A stretch of 61,988 nucleotides of DNA, filler included, from Choristocarpus tenellus KU-1152 (Eukaryota; Protista; Phaeophyceae): assembly GCA_964200185.2 (NCBI GenBank). It is 9 parts of 9 records of this genome, joined end to end, with 100 filler letters (N's around TTAATTAATTAA, not from the genome) between each part and the next. Parts side by side here need not be neighbours in the genome. Positions count along the whole stretch, not along the records: positions 39,804 to 45,626 come from CAXNAD020009672.1; positions 45,727 to 57,685 come from CAXNAD020002048.1; 7 more parts are not named here. The stretch is one strand, 5' to 3'. The translations under genes were made by a program, and so were the position numbers. The notes below the pieces were generated by a model that searched no databases, was not told the DNA's origin, and worked only from the letters and a program-made list of their open reading frames with translations. Of this stretch, positions 39,804 to 51,500 are shown one piece after another; the stretch's first letter is position 1, and each line of letters begins with the position of its first letter.

Positions 39804-39843
39804 CCCCTCATAACCCCCCCCACCCCCCCAGATACTTTGACCC
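39804..39843 (-). mobile_element. MITE family B terminus at contig start
   Basis: cccccccagatactttgaccc. Confidence 0.75.
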
Positions 39844-40899
39844 TCAGCATATAGTCCACATGCATGTAGGCCCTTTAGTTGGCAAAGACACACACTGGCA
39901 AGATAATTACAGTTTTATTGTTTTTCCATGCCGCAACAGGGCTGTGCTTGGCAGATTGCACCTGTTGAAAAGTCGTACATACTTGTCCACTTTGGTTTTG
40001 TGAAATGTGGTTCAGAACCCTATCGCCGGCCATTAAGAGCATTATTTTCATTAACCGTAAAAGTGAAACCAGAATCGATTACTAGAAACTAGCGACCACC
40101 TCTCGCTGGGGAGGATGGGCCAAACGAAGCAGTGGAAATAACAAATAATACTTCAAAAACTGTGTATGATAACCCTCTTGATGCTAATAAATAAAGCGCA
40201 CCCATACCGGACTTGAGGGCGGTCATAGTGAAACAAGATGCATTCAAGGATTGGCAACCAATCCTGCCCTCTCACATCTAGAGCATAGGATTTGACACCC
40301 CCCACCCAACTGACTGTGAGACCGTGAACATGAGCCACCTGTGCTGTCGACAGAAGTGTGGCCGTTGACCTAAATTCAACGGCAATGATAGAGGACAGAG
40401 TTAGAGGTTCATGTTGAGATTGGGGGGGTGGGGGAGGATACCAGGAAAACATATCCTGTTGGCTAAGTGTTGCATAGGGGGTATTTCATTGGTGACATAA
40501 ACATTGGATTTCATACCATGTAACCTATCTCCGTCAATCAAAATGCTCAGTATGAAAATAGAGTTAGGGTTTGTGATGGGGGCAAGTTAATTGTAATACT
40601 GATTACGGAAAGGACAGTGCTAGGGTTTAGGGAATGATCTATGCGATTCGTGGTTAAGGGCCAGTGTGCCAGAGTGTTGTTCTGGTGCCTAGGTAGTGGT
40701 TTTAGACCTACTCGGAGTAGCACCTGGGGTGGTGGAAGAGACGAACAACATTTTCATAATTGCAAAAACAAATGAGGTTGGGACTGTGTACGGTTAGCAT
40801 AGAGATTCCATAGAGATTCAATTGAAGCTAGGGTCCATGGCAGATAAAAGATTAAAAAAAAAAAAACGAAGGGGGAAAATGTAGAGCTACCAAAACATC

Positions 40900-43550
40900 A
40901 AGTAAATTGGTTACCGGGTATCAAAGGAAAAGCCTCAACTCACGTGAGTCCCTTGAAAACTAAAACTCCTGGCAAGTTTGAAGATTAGATTGAGAGGGTT
41001 ATTGGAAAAAGATTAAGATCATCCTGACTTCCATCTAACACAACATGACAAAATAACAAACCTTACTACAATTGTTTCCTTGCTCCTCAAGGCTCTAGTG
41101 TCGCCACACCAGATAACATATTCACCTGGCCAAGAAGGCGAAGGGGGGAGATATGTCTCCAATCTCGTGGTGCACCTCTGGCAATCCTTCGGGTCCTCCA
41201 TTCGAAAACCCTGCATCAACTCCCAACACCTTCATTGCAGGGATGATGTGTAGCAGGGGGTGCGAATTCATCCCAGAACAGGAAATCAGTGGAAAAGACT
41301 GTGCCATGCTACCATACCAATAGAATGGACAGATTTAGTTGCACCTGCTTTGTTGGTTTGGGGTACTGCTTCTATAAAAAGGTGTTAATTCCATAGATAA
41401 ATCAAGACAATATGAGATGAATGTGACACGAAGTGTAGGGATCAAGTACACAAGAGGATGTTTCACAGGACACCCAGAAGGGAAAAAAAAAAAAGAGCAA
41501 TAGGGTCTTTGTGTCGTTGTAAATTGGAACAATCAGGAGTGGAAGAAACACAAGGCTGAACTGAATGCATGGGTTGAAAGGAAAGGAGAAACAGGCTGAA
41601 GGATCGGACAGCAGGTGTTCACAAGACTTCATTCAAGAGACTTCATTCAAGAGACTTCATTCAAGGAACAGTCAATTCACTGGTGTTGAAAATGGGACTA
41701 CAGGAAGTATTTGTGTAGAGCTGTACAGATACAAGGTCGGGGCAACACAAAAAAAAATGTAATGAGGTTCTGGGAAAAAGAGGAGGAATGCATTACATCA
41801 GTGTAAATGTCCAGAAAAGATGTCAAAATACTATTTCGAAACTTAGTACTATAGTTGTTGTGGTAAAAGACAGGAAATGCCAGATCATGCCATCAGATTC
41901 TGAGCACAGGTTGCTCCAATCTTTCCCATGCATCCAAGTAACCTTAGTTTAGACCACTTGCCTGCCCCTCCTCCTCAGAGGATCTAGACAACACTCTTGG
42001 GGGTATAAAACTCATGCACTCAGAACCGCAGCCCCCCCTGAGCCAGGAGATACATGTTACAGAAATTGGTTGCTTCACTATAGTCTGGGAACTGTCCTGA
42101 CCTGTGGTCAGAGGCACTGCACAGGCTCCGTTGAAACATCAACAAAATAAGCATTGCTTAGGTAATAATGGCCAGAAGGCAGCATTGTTTTTGATGTGCA
42201 CTTGCAGAATTTGAGACAAAACAATTGATGTGGAGCTTGCTATGGACATATTTCGGACATGATGAAGTACATACATCATTTGAACACATGCAAAATATTA
42301 TTGATAGCATTTCTCCCTCCTTCCTATCATTCAAGAGTCTGCACGCAATGCCATGGAAAATTATTCTTGCATTGGCGGTATTTACACAAAAGGATCGCAA
42401 GGGATCTCTCTCTCAAAAAATACATCTATCGCCCTAGGTCGGTGCACTCACAACGGACGTGTCGAAGCCAAAGTTATCTTTAGGTATGTTCATAAGTACT
42501 GCCTGCCTCGTGCATGAGAGGGGGAGACCAAGGATGAGAAGGTTGATGAGGCCATCACTGGCGCGATCAACCATGATGACCTGGACTGTGCGCGGATGAC
42601 CTACATCACCAAAGACTTAACCACACCATGACCTGTAATAGGAAAATAACCTTCCTCACGCATCATTCATCCCAATCACTAAGCTAATAGTTGGCAATAA
42701 ACTTTGCCAGAGTTGTATGGCACGCAGTCTCTCGAATACAAACACCCACAACACTTCACATCATACACTCTTCAACCTCATACTTTTCTGAAATATTTCT
42801 ACTTGTTGAGACTTCTGTCGTGTGGAACATCAGGGTATAGTGCTCCAAGTCATTGCGATTGATGACACAAGCAACTGCATAGTTGAGAAACCCACCCTTG
42901 GTCTTCTCTACCGTATCGATTGTCACAGTAGTAATGAATTCTGAGGGAGTGTGTGTGACTTCATCATGGCACGGTCACCACATTTGGTACATAGCCTATC
43001 TTGGCATACAACATCCTTGTACCTGAGCCTAATGCATCTCTTGTATCAGACGACAGTTTGGCCGCTTGAAGGCAGGAGAAGAAATACTACTGGGAGTATA
43101 TTCTTTTTGCATTGGATCATTTAGATCCCTGTCCACCTTCTCGCCCTCGCCATGGCCTTGGGCATTGCAGTAAGGCCGACTCTCCTGGATGTAGCTCCAG
43201 TGATCAGGGCTTCACCTTGTCTATTCGTGTTTTCTGGTGTTGCAGTTGCGTGTATAGTTCTCGCACGGATTTCATTATCATAGGTCTGTGTCAACATTTC
43301 TTGAGAAACCAGGAACCTTGTCTCAGCTTCATACTCTGAACTTAGTGCACAAAGGAATCAGCACAGGACCATCTTGTCACAAATCTTGCATCCCACCGAA
43401 TGCAGTCTCCCCTTGGAGAAATTCAGTTGGTTCTACTTGCTTAGGGATTAACCCCCTCGTGATGAACCATCCTATCTCAGAAGGGGGTTGATTAGTGTCG
43501 TTTGAGTTTCAAGGGCTTCTAAAACCTTCTGCCTAGGACCTCATTTCCCG
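40900..43550 (-). mobile_element. Decayed Ty1/Copia gag-pol (zinc knuckle, integrase, IN-RT linker)
   Basis: In order on the minus strand: CTKCGDR..KSH (CCHC-like), RLLNDRKEGEMLSIIFCMC (IN LRSD.GGEF....F..C), EDPKDCQRC (P.T..EA linker). Many stops and frameshifts. Confidence 0.5.
41623..41666 (+). repeat. 14-bp tandem repeat x3 (agacttcattcaag)
   Basis: Seen directly. Confidence 0.85.
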
Positions 43551-43919
43551 AACCTGAAGTGCAGCAACATATCCTTAGGAGGCTGTTACTGTGGAAGAGG
43601 AAGTGGCAATTTGTACAAACATGCATTTCAAGCTGGAGACACAAGGCAGATGGGTAAGGAGGGGTCTCTTAGATTCTTGAGCTGCTTCCCTACCTCCTCG
43701 CCCAGTTGTGTAAGGGTAAGATAGGTTACAGGCATTAAAGCAATAAAAATATAACATAGCAATTTTCAAGCTTCAAGGGAGTGTTTGTAGTAGAGCTGGT
43801 ATTTAAACAGTGATAGATTCTAGAGAGGTATCTTTCACATTTACAACTGTTACTTTACAGGTGTCCTTGTGATAATGGTTTGACTTCTGCCCTGACCCAT
43901 CTCCAAAATGAAAATTATA

Positions 43920-44130
43920 TATTATATTATTATGCTTGTTGACATTTTTCAGATGTGCCCGGGGAAAAACTAATGAAAACTATTCACATGTCTGAAAAAT
44001 CCCAAAAGAGGTAACAGTTGTCACAAATGTGAGAAACGTTGATCTATATTATTATGCTTGTTGACATTATGCAGATGTCTCAAGGAAAAAGCCAAATCAA
44101 TATCGCAAGGACCCATAATAAGTAACAATT
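43920..44130 (+). repeat. Two tandem copies of repeat family C
   Basis: tattattatgcttgttgacatt..cagatgt starts at ~43925 and again at ~44047. Confidence 0.75.
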
Positions 44131-44899
44131 GAAGAGTATGTAAAAGAATATGCATATATAGAAAAGTATACAGTATAACGTCATACCGTTCCGCCGGTTT
44201 CCCCAATTGACGTTGACGGAAATCTTTGAACTGGCTTCAAAATGATTAGTGAGAAGATTTCTTGACTGCATTTGGTACTATACCGTAAAGTGAAAAGAAC
44301 TTCATAATACTATTGTTTTACTTGACGTGATACTTACTTGATACATTGTTGTCTGTTCGCAATTTGGTTATTTACAACTCACATTGTGCCATTCCACAAC
44401 TAAAATGCTTGAGGTGCAGGGGTTCCTTGGTCAGCATTTTGCACCAAGGCCAACATATCCACTACCTCATCCATCCCATATCAGATTTTGAAGGTTGATA
44501 CATCATCGTAATTCCACAGAATGAAGAGCTTTGCACAGGCGAATCACTTGAGGAAGTTCAAAATCCCATGACACCTACCAACAAAGGGATATTCCAATGG
44601 GGGCTTCATTGATTCGACTACTATTGAGATAGTCTCCCCCTCTAAGATCTGACTTTTAGTTTTGTATCCTAATCTTCCATAGAACCAAAATATCCACCAT
44701 AGGTAACCTCTGCCACACAGTTTGAGCCAAAGGAAACCAGAGGTATTGGCTGTTTTGCATATTAGTCCTTTTTTCAATCCTTTGCAATTCCCCAATATAT
44801 TCTATGGATGGTGTTTCAAGTTTGACTTGAGAGCACTTAATTCTTTGAAAAAATTCCTACATAATTCAGAAAATACATCCTATATACAGTGGAAAAAAT

Positions 44900-45626
44900 A
44901 GGCGAATTTCGCAAATATTTGTCATCAGCCACACGCCCAGGAGGGGGGGAAGTGGGGGTATTAGTGGATGTCTATGTGACTGAGTGCATGTTGACAAAAA
45001 GCGGTTTGACATCCTTGAAGATGGGCATGGTGTGTACCTGTACCCCGCTGAGGACCCCCATAAATCCCCAACGGGCACACAATAAGCACTACATTGTGAA
45101 GGTGATGTTCCTTGCAGCTGCGACCTGCCTTAGGAAGCACCCCAACGGGTTGTGGTTAGATGGGAAATTGGGATCTGGCCAATCGTGGACACTAAGGTTG
45201 CTCAGCGCTTAGGTAAACACCACCCCAAGGACAACAAGGTGCCTATGCCGGCCACAGTGGATGGGGAGAGGCGCAAGAAGCTCATGATTGAGATATGTCA
45301 CCCTGGCAATCAAGGCCTGCATGTCTAGGCCGGAAGGACGCACCATCTTTGTGCAGCAGGACGGCAAAGCCACAAAGGGGGGAATCATGGAGGTAATTGA
45401 GGAAGCGATGGGGATGACATTATCATAGAGACCCAGCCAGCCGACTCACTTGACCTCAATGTCAACAACCTAGGATTATTTCATTCCATCCAGCAACTAA
45501 AGGAAGACATGGGGGTGACCAACACAAAGAAGCTGGTGGAGGCCACAATGGAGGCGTTCAATGTGTACCCCTGGGAGACACTAGAGTGCGTCTGGCAGAG
45601 CCTCTTTACAGTGTACGGTGAAGTGG
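44900..45626 (+). mobile_element. Tc1/mariner transposase pseudogene (plant-type DD39D-like)
   Basis: Across frameshifts: VHVDKKRF (VHVDEKWF), NKHYIVKVMFLAA, DGKLG/IWPIV, PAIKACM..EGRTIFVQQDG, ETQPADSLDLNVNNLGLFHSIQ (QPPNSPDLNVLDLGFF.SIQ), YPWETLECVWQSL. Confidence 0.9.
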
Positions 45627-45726
45627 NNNNNNNNNNNNNNNNNNNNNNNNNNNNNNNNNNNNNNNNNNNNTTAATTAATTAANNNNNNNNNNNNNNNNNN
45701 NNNNNNNNNNNNNNNNNNNNNNNNNN

Positions 45727-45750
45727 CCCCCCCCCCAGATACTTTGAGCC
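45727..45750 (-). mobile_element. MITE family B terminus at contig start
   Basis: ccccccagatactttgagcc. Confidence 0.75.
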
Positions 45751-46399
45751 GATTTTGTGTGCCACTTTATTGAGCTTGGGAGTAATGACTACAAAAGACA
45801 TAGAGATATTGCACAAGAAGAGAATATGAATATGACTGAAAAAAGTGACTCAATTAGTGGAGGGTTATGAGCTGCGGGAACTTGGAGAGTCTTGAGCAAC
45901 CCCCACTTTGTAGAACTTAGTATTGCGAAAGAATTCTACAAATCATATCGTGCTTGAATGTTTGCTTGATGTAGGCTCAACATGGACCTTGTGCTTAGGG
46001 TTGAGCTGAGTATGGGGTTCCTGGGTTCCTATGATTTTGGAGATCCAGAACATCTCTTGTAAGGTGACACCAAAATCTGGATGCTACAGATTTGCAACCT
46101 GATCATTGTTGGGAGACACACTCATCAACTTAAGGTTTTCGTATATTGCATTATCATACGCTTATGACACACTCTGGCAGATCAAAGCAAACTGTGTCCA
46201 TTTTTGGAGGCGGTTGTTAAGAGCAGGAATATTGTTAAGAAAATAGTACAGTCTTCGTGTAAGAAGAAACCAGGGATTCCCACACATTTTGTGGCAATGC
46301 TGTTGTCTAACCCAAACCTGAACCTGAACCTAAGCCCTAACTCTTAACAGTACAACAACCATTCCATTTTCGCTATAGTCACAGTAGACTATTTTAGAC

Positions 46400-47430
46400 A
46401 TGGAGGTACAATGAGAATTCAACTGCATGACTTCCTTCCTTTCCCAGATCCTGTAAACACAAGAAATTTTGTGGCAGTCTCTATGCTTGTCATGAAATAT
46501 ATGCAGTCAAATGGACAAAATGGATGCATAAGAGAAGGCTATTGGAGGTGCCTTTGTAATATCTTTAGGGAAATACTCAATATGTGCAATAGGCACCAAT
46601 AAATTATGACTTTTCCCAAACCATCGTGGTAAACCTACCCCGAAATAGTATTAGCCCATACCTGAAGCACCATTAAAATACAACAAAGGCTACTTGACCA
46701 TTGATGATAGCGTTACATTGTTTTTTACTATGCGAATTCAGATGTCATACTTCAGCCCTCGCTTACATCACACCGTGCCTAACTTAGCATCCCACAATAC
46801 TTCTGTCATTGACTTCTACGAATTTCCGCCACTCAACTTTTACCACAGCTTTGCCAAACCTTCACTCTCTATGTTGTAACCAATAGTCTTAATTGGCTAG
46901 CACTTCATGTGTTCCATTCTGGGTGACATCCCCTCCTTTAATCTTCCTCCTCCTCCCTACTCTCATGTCAAAATCTTGGGGACACATAAGGATGGAACTG
47001 TTCAGTATGGAAATCATTATCAGACAGAGCTGGGGCATGCCAAAATGGAGACACACTTTAGGGTATCCATTTCGTTGGCCAAGCTGGAGGATATCGTGAG
47101 GGACCGTCCACCCACTCGCCGTTTCATCAATTTCCAGCCCAAGCAGAGGTTTGCCACAAATGGAGGATTGAATTGTTCTGTTTGCCTTGTGGTTGGTCTG
47201 CACAGGATATATAAGTGAGAACTGTTCTATAGATGAATATGTATTGGGGTTCAACCTCTCACGAATGTGAGCAATACCCCACAACAGATTCCACTTCTTC
47301 CGCAAGCTGGACTTGGATGAATTACTGGAAATAACGTTCAAAGCAATAGTTCTGGGATATCCAGAGGCAACTGAAGACCAAGCGGGTAGCCTTGATATCA
47401 AAAGGTGGCATCGATTCGTGGTGAGCAATT
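46400..47430 (-). mobile_element. Decayed Ty1/Copia reverse transcriptase
   Basis: ORF 46889-47428: ..KANRTIQSSICGKP..GLEIDETA..LHFGMPQLCL..ILMCPQDF is colinear with the Copia RT motifs RYKARLVAKG..Q..G.D..ET / hfDv.QAFl / iym..P.G. Confidence 0.55.
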
Positions 47431-48581
47431 AATACCCCTGGAATTTGACTTTGTAGATATTTCTATACACATTTCCTGAACAAACCCATTGTTGTGATCA
47501 CCAAAATGTGAATGCCTGCTGTAACTAATACTCTTCCTTACCGCCACTATGAAACAACAATCACTGCATTGAATTCGGGCATACAGCTCTTGCTTGGCTA
47601 TCTGTCAGATGCATCGGGACCTCAGCAACATCATGAAATTGACAACATATACCGGCGTCGAACCATCCAATACAAGGCAAGAAAAAAATGCTTCGGATGT
47701 TTGAAACAGTCCTACAATACTATAAGACATGGCAAGTGAAAGGGAGGGATTCAAGGTGTGTATTCTGTGATCACATTGACAAGAAACGTTCTTGAGGATA
47801 TGTTGCATGCCATCTATAATCTTAGATATTTCATCCTTACCAGAAACATTGAAGAGCAAAAAATATTTGCAAAAACCATTTTTTTTTATAATGGACATAA
47901 ACATTAGGAGTTCTTATCGTTTAATGAGATATAGAGAAGAAAATGATGGTGCGGTTTTCTAACTATCATATGTAAAATGATGTCTTGGCTTTAATCCTCG
48001 ATCAGATGCCTGTATCTGTTCAAAACAGGTCAACTTTACATCAACATGGTCCTACTATATCTCAACAAGTCATGATCACTACACACAGTAGGTTAACAGT
48101 TGGCTGCAATTATTCAATTTCTGCCTGTGGTTGTCTCTCTCTCTCCAACCCAGAAAACAACAAGATATGAGGTACACCTCCTTGTGTACAGAAAATGCTA
48201 GAGTGTTTTTTTGACCACTGCTGCACACTGCCGAAGATCTCTTCTATTGATGAGCCATAATATCTTAGAGGTGGGGGTGTTTAGCCCAGGTTATCCATTC
48301 AGAGCTTAATGAGGTTTTGTACTCCAGTTTGAGAACCATTTAGTGGGTGATTTTCCTTCAAATTTGGTTCAGGGAAGGGGATGAAAAAGGAAGGTATGTT
48401 AAGATGAAAAATGATGCCCTTTCATCAGACACATGTACTCAGATGACATGGAAATCATTACAGAGCCATGCAGGCCCCCCAATGGACGCCTGACCCCCCC
48501 CCCCCTAGAATTCTATGGGCCTGTATGTCTTCATTTCGTGTTTTTGCTACCTCTCCTGCCCCATTCTATCCTTGGTCTCAG

Positions 48582-51500
48582 GCAGAGGTTCAGAGGATGG
48601 CAAAGGAAAAGGAAGAGGGCGAGGAAGAGAGGAAGAAGGAGGAGAAGAAGGAGGAGAAGAAGGAGGATGAGGAGGAGGATGAGGAGGAGGAAAAGGATCT
48701 AAAGAGGGTTCGTCAAGTTGCAGCCGGGGCCACAGACCAGGTTTACATAGTGTGTGCCTTTTCCGATGGACGTTAACATTAATTTCTTGGGAAGCTGTCC
48801 CTGAGACCCTGGGGAGGATTTTTCGGTCAAGCATGACAAGGATGCAAATCTGTTGACAGGCAGTTGATGCAACAAGGGCGCAATTGACGCACAATATCCT
48901 AAAGAAGAAGATATTTCAAGGGTCATCAAATAATATTTTATTCCCATCCTCAACTATTCAAAAACATTAGTTAGTTAGCACACACCTGTGAGTTCATGAG
49001 GACAGAAACATGACTATGGCACTACGATGTTGAGAAATATGGTTGAAATGAGAGCATAATAGGAGCGAGAATCTTGGGCCACACTCTACTCGAACAGACA
49101 CTGGTCAACCTCGGTTTTGGTTAGTCAAAATAAATATGTTTGCTCCTTGTCTGTGGGATATCTCTTTATAGCCTAAGTTCGTCGGCCATCACAATTTCTG
49201 GGAACAATCAACACTTCTTTCCCAAGGCAGCAACAACTCCGTACACCTCCAGCAGATTTGAAAGGGCAGTGCAACCTCCAAAGCAATCACCGCACAATAT
49301 TGTTATATTAGCTTTTTAAGTACAGCAAATAGTAGTACTACTATCATTAAATGTACCGATACCCTCTTGGTCTGGATAGTCGCCTATAAACAACTGGAAA
49401 AAGGGTTTGATGTGTCCACGATTAATTTTGATTAAGGACTTGGAATGCTCACAATGCCGTGGTGGTGAGTGAAAGTATCTTAGAGGGTACGAGTTTTTCC
49501 CTGTTTGTCCATTTGGGGCTTGGCTTCCCATGTTTTTTATTGTGACATTTCCCTCTCCAAAATATTTTGAGTATGTAAAATGTATATGTTATGACAAGGT
49601 GTCCAGAAAAAGGATATTGACACTTCCTAACAAACACAATGACCAAAATGACATCAAAATTGCAACATTGATTTTTGGCCCCAAATGGATGCAGTTCTAC
49701 CCTAACCCTAAGATACTTTGCCTCAATGGAAGTACTGTTGCAGAGCAATAAAACAGTGATGACTGCTGCAGACAGCAGTCACATTGACGAGCACTTCCCC
49801 TTCCCGTCCCAAACCCTGCCAACCCCATGATACCATTGTTGGTCTCTCATATAATGTTAGAGTGAAAGTATCTTAGAGGGTACGAGTTTTGCCCTGTTTG
49901 TCCATTTGGGACTTGGCTTCCCGTGGGGTTTTTAATGATATTTTCCTACTCCAAAATGTTTCAGAGTAGTCAAATTGTATACGTAACGAAAAGGTGTGTC
50001 CAGAACATGGATATTGACACTTCCTAACAAACACAATACCAAAAATTACATCAAAATTGCAACATTAGAGTTTGACCCCCAAATGGACGTGGCTCTACCC
50101 TCTAAGATACTTTGGCTCGCTAGTAGGGTTCACATACTTCCATCAATTTCTATCAATGCCATACCTCCCTGTGGAGTGGATAGAGGTTACTCCCCACTAT
50201 GTTCCTCGCAGGAAGAATTACGCATTAGCTCACGTGGCCACTCCCAGGGGAAGCAGCAACTGCAGCAAGGGGGAGGGGGGCAGCAGGGGGGTAGGAGAAA
50301 GAGGATAGTGGGCAAAGTAACTGAGGGGGGAAAGCAAACGGGTGGGAAATATGGTGCTAAATCTGCTTCAGGGGCAGGGGCATCAGTTGTGGGGATGGAG
50401 AGGAAGGGGCTTCAACAGGAGAGTGTGAGAGGGCTCCAGCAGGTGACATTGAAGCATGTCTTGGACCAAGACCTTCGTATGGATTTAAGCAGTGAGTTCA
50501 CATAGTCTCTGCTCAGGGGGGGTCCTAAGATGCATGGCACTGCCTTCATCTTCTTCTGATGGGTTGTTGTGTCTTGGATATTCTCAATGTACTCCAAAGC
50601 AGAGGATATGTGGTGTAGTTGATTTCCCCCTTGACTTGCTCCGTATGTTGAACATACTCAGTATCAACACAGTGAATTGATGCACAGCCGAAAACAAAAC
50701 TCATGACATTAAGTACTCTGAAGCATCTGTTAGTGTAATAACCACCTGTTTGATTGGTGCAGGTTTTCTTAATTTCGAGTGTTCTATGTAGCACTAATTG
50801 TGATGTTGCTTGCTTGCTAGCTTTTGCTGTCATCATAGGCATTTTTTTCTTTTGGTTCATGCTGCTCATGAATGATTCTTGTTGATGTGAAAAATCATTG
50901 TCAGATAATCATTTTGTGTTAATTGGAGTTGTCTTCACGTACTTGAGTCCGAATCAGATTGTGGCAATGACCGTTATTCCCTGTGAATATCACCACTTTG
51001 ACTTCAATTAATATACCATCGTCATTTCATTCCTTCCTCACAGACATACAAATGAGCACAGTAGTTCTGGTATAGGTAGCCCTCACAGCTATACTGTCCA
51101 TATATCTAAGCTATCCTTATCAAATGCCGTGAAATATCACTGCTCTGACGCAAGCATATGAGAGAATTGCAAAAAAGGCAAAGTACATGGTCAATTAGCA
51201 GTATACAGTTCGTTCCAAATTCGATCTGCTCTCCCATATCCCTCGAACCTTTATGCTCATAATCCAATTTTTATTAAAAATTGCATGACTACCTGCTGGG
51301 TCTCTTTGAACCCCGCCCACCCTGTCCCACCTCGCAATACATGAGCAAGGGCCTCTAGGTAGAGGAAGTAAGCTGCCAGTGAACCCCTCCACTAACTTCG
51401 CCCACATCTTCTCTCACTCATAACAACCATGATATGTAAAAGGCTTCAAAGAGGCCTTGTGTGCTCTAGTCCTGTTAAAACACCCAGAAACAATGGTGAA

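Noticed and set aside
48433-48702. Arginine-rich protamine-like ORF
   Set aside because: It is an alternative frame of the Glu/Lys-rich exon 48582-48740.
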